Source: an uncultured Holophagales bacterium (GTDB lineage: Bacteria; Acidobacteriota; Thermoanaerobaculia; Multivoradales; UBA5704). Taken from it: a DNA stretch of 64,000 nt. The notes below the pieces were generated by a model, which was not told the origin of the DNA, did not search any database, and saw only the letters and a program-made list of their open reading frames with translations. Numbering within the stretch: the first letter of the stretch is position 1; each line of letters opens with the position of its first letter. A program made the translations under genes and the position numbers. The stretch is taken from positions 128,001-192,000 of the forward strand of contig CAWJGT010000025.1 of assembly GCA_963842525.1 (NCBI GenBank), read 5' to 3'. Shown here piece by piece: positions 62,432 to 64,000 of the stretch.

Positions 62432-64000
62432 CACGGTCGCCCCCGGCCGGCGACGCCGGGTACCAGAAAGAGCGCATCGCCTCGGCCGCACGCACGGCCT
62501 CGGCGATCTCGGTCAGGTCCGCCAAGGCACGCTCACGCTCCGCTTTGATCACTCCAGAAACCGCCGGCAGCTCTCGGAGGATCGCCTGGAGGAGGTGGAG
62601 CGACCACAGGGCGACCGACAGATGGGGAGTCCCTCGCACGCGCTGCTCGGCGACCAGGATACGCCCCAGGCGCCGACGGACCCGCAGTCGCAGCTCGTCC
62701 ATTTCCGGCGAGAGATGGAGGGTCAGGAGATCCAAGGAGCTCCGCATGCCGGGGAACCGGCACACCTCGCGGCGGAAGTAGCCGCGGCTGATGAGGCTCT
62801 CAATGTGGGGAGTCACGCGCAGGTCACCCATCTCGAGCTCCGGCACGAGATTCAGGTAAGCACCGCGTCGCAGGTAGGGGATCACCGTCCGAGCGAGCTC
62901 CCAGGTCGACTCCGGATCGATCGCGGGGACCAGCCAGATCGCGTTGATCCCGGGCTTGAGGCCTGCCTGCAACGCCAGCTCGAGAGCACGGTGGTTCTGT
63001 TCGACCGTGGTCCCCTTGCCCAGGAGATCCAGCGATTCCTGGGAAAAGGACTCCACACCGAACGCCACGATCCGGACTCCCATCTCCCGCAGGAAGGCGG
63101 CCCTCTCCGCGGTCATCCGATCGGTGGTGGTCTTGACGAGGCCCGGCTTGCTGTTCAGACCACGCGCCACGAGCAGACGGCCGATCCGCCGGAAGTTGTC
63201 CGGCGCGAACCATATCTCGTTGTCCTCGAAGTGCAGGCTGTCGCACTCGGAAAAATGAGCGGCGATTTCGGCCACTACGTCCACGGGCACGCGAGGCGCC
63301 AGGGCCTTGGGCGAGCGGCACCAGTAGCAGGGTTTGCCGCACCGCTGGCTGGTGAGCACCCGCCATGGCCGCAGCCCGACCATATCGTAGGGGAGGGCGG
63401 TCGCCGCGCTCGGCCCCAGTACACCGGCCCGGCTCTCGTAGGTGGCGAGCCGCCAGATGCTCGGGAACGGGAGGCGCTTCTCTGGAGCTCGCGGCATAGG
63501 GGACGCCGCCGGGACCGGCCGGCGTTCCGCGCCGGGCCGGAGGAGCCCCGGGACATCCGGAACCGGCCCGCTCCGGCAACTCCTCACAAGCTCTCGCAGC
63601 GGCTCCTCGCCGTCGCCCGCGATCACGGCGTGAATCGGTAGAGCGCGAAACCAAGCCGCTAGGTCCACGGTGCGCAGGTGGGGTCCTCCCAGGACGAGCC
63701 GCGCGCCGGGAGCGCGCTGTCCGATCTCGGCGAGCAAGTGGAGGTCGGGGTCGACGGAATAGACCGCCTGCACAATGAAATCGAAGTGTTCCTCGGCCAA
63801 GACATTCCAGAGGCGCAGCCCCGCCGCGGGAAACTGCCGGATCCTGCGCTTCGGCTCGAGATTGGGATCGTAGACCAGGGCGTCGCAGGCCATGTCGCCG
63901 CGCCGTAGGAGAGCCGCCAGCCGCTCCGTAGGGCCATACGGCCGGACGAACCGCAGGGAGGGTGCGAAGGAGTTGACGAACAGCACACGGACGAACTGCT
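62415..64000 (-). CDS. Radical SAM protein with B12-binding-like N-terminus; 5' end probably outside window
   Basis: LVLGGPH, IAGDGE, CGKPCYWC, FEDNE, FGVESFSQESL..LGKG; frame open to the window edge. Confidence 0.85.
   Translation of the reverse strand, partial: QFVRVLFVNSFAPSLRFVRPYGPTERLAALLRRGDMACDALVYDPNLEPKRRIRQFPAAGLRLWNVLAEEHFDFIVQAVYSVDPDLHLLAEIGQRAPGARLVLGGPHLRTVDLAAWFRALPIHAVIAGDGEEPLRELVRSCRSGPVPDVPGLLRPGAERRPVPAASPMPRAPEKRLPFPSIWRLATYESRAGVLGPSAATALPYDMVGLRPWRVLTSQRCGKPCYWCRSPKALAPRVPVDVVAEIAAHFSECDSLHFEDNEIWFAPDNFRRIGRLLVARGLNSKPGLVKTTTDRMTAERAAFLREMGVRIVAFGVESFSQESLDLLGKGTTVEQNHRALELALQAGLKPGINAIWLVPAIDPESTWELARTVIPYLRRGAYLNLVPELEMGDLRVTPHIESLISRGYFRREVCRFPGMRSSLDLLTLHLSPEMDELRLRVRRRLGRILVAEQRVRGTPHLSVALWSLHLLQAILRELPAVSGVIKAERERALADLTEIAEAVRAAEAMRSFWYPASPAGGDRDAASR

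Larger units (their letters stand above)
43300..64000. mobile_element. Putative integrative element / genomic island; right end not seen
   Basis: Integrase plus AlpA at the left end, replication-like wHTH gene, mosaic AT-richer defence-like cargo and many gene remnants. att sites not identified, so the extent is uncertain. Confidence 0.55.

Overview
GC-rich bacterial chromosomal DNA. The gene families (ELWxxDGT repeat protein, a recurrent Cys-flanked C-terminal 'FWFF..N.EL.VKVL' domain, a 'DPNG' peptide beside a TPR gene) suggest Acidobacteriota, probably Thermoanaerobaculia; this is inference. About ten otherwise intact genes carry single-base frameshifts, consistent with an unpolished long-read assembly. 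1-43.2 kb is mostly housekeeping and accessory genes: two Fic genes, xth, tkt, tRNA-Ser(GCT), a topoisomerase III-RecQ fusion, vapBC, two ALDHs and a TonB-dependent receptor. It also holds an AT-richer cluster of integron-like cassettes with decayed attC sites (about 10.1-12.8 kb). From 43.3 kb to the right edge lies a probable integrative island: tyrosine integrase, AlpA, a replication-like gene, a peptide plus TPR pair, TIR/NLR-like remnants, a TPR-HExxH-CHAT operon, and a translationally coupled radical SAM / nucleosidase / PRTase-like / DUF89 / glycosyltransferase cluster. The most striking unexplained structure is a non-coding element present twice in opposite orientation (9.5-9.95 kb and 39.06-39.62 kb): a shared leader hairpin, then 17-23 palindromic GATA-N4-TATC units at a 19-20 bp period, closed by the same perfect terminal hairpin.
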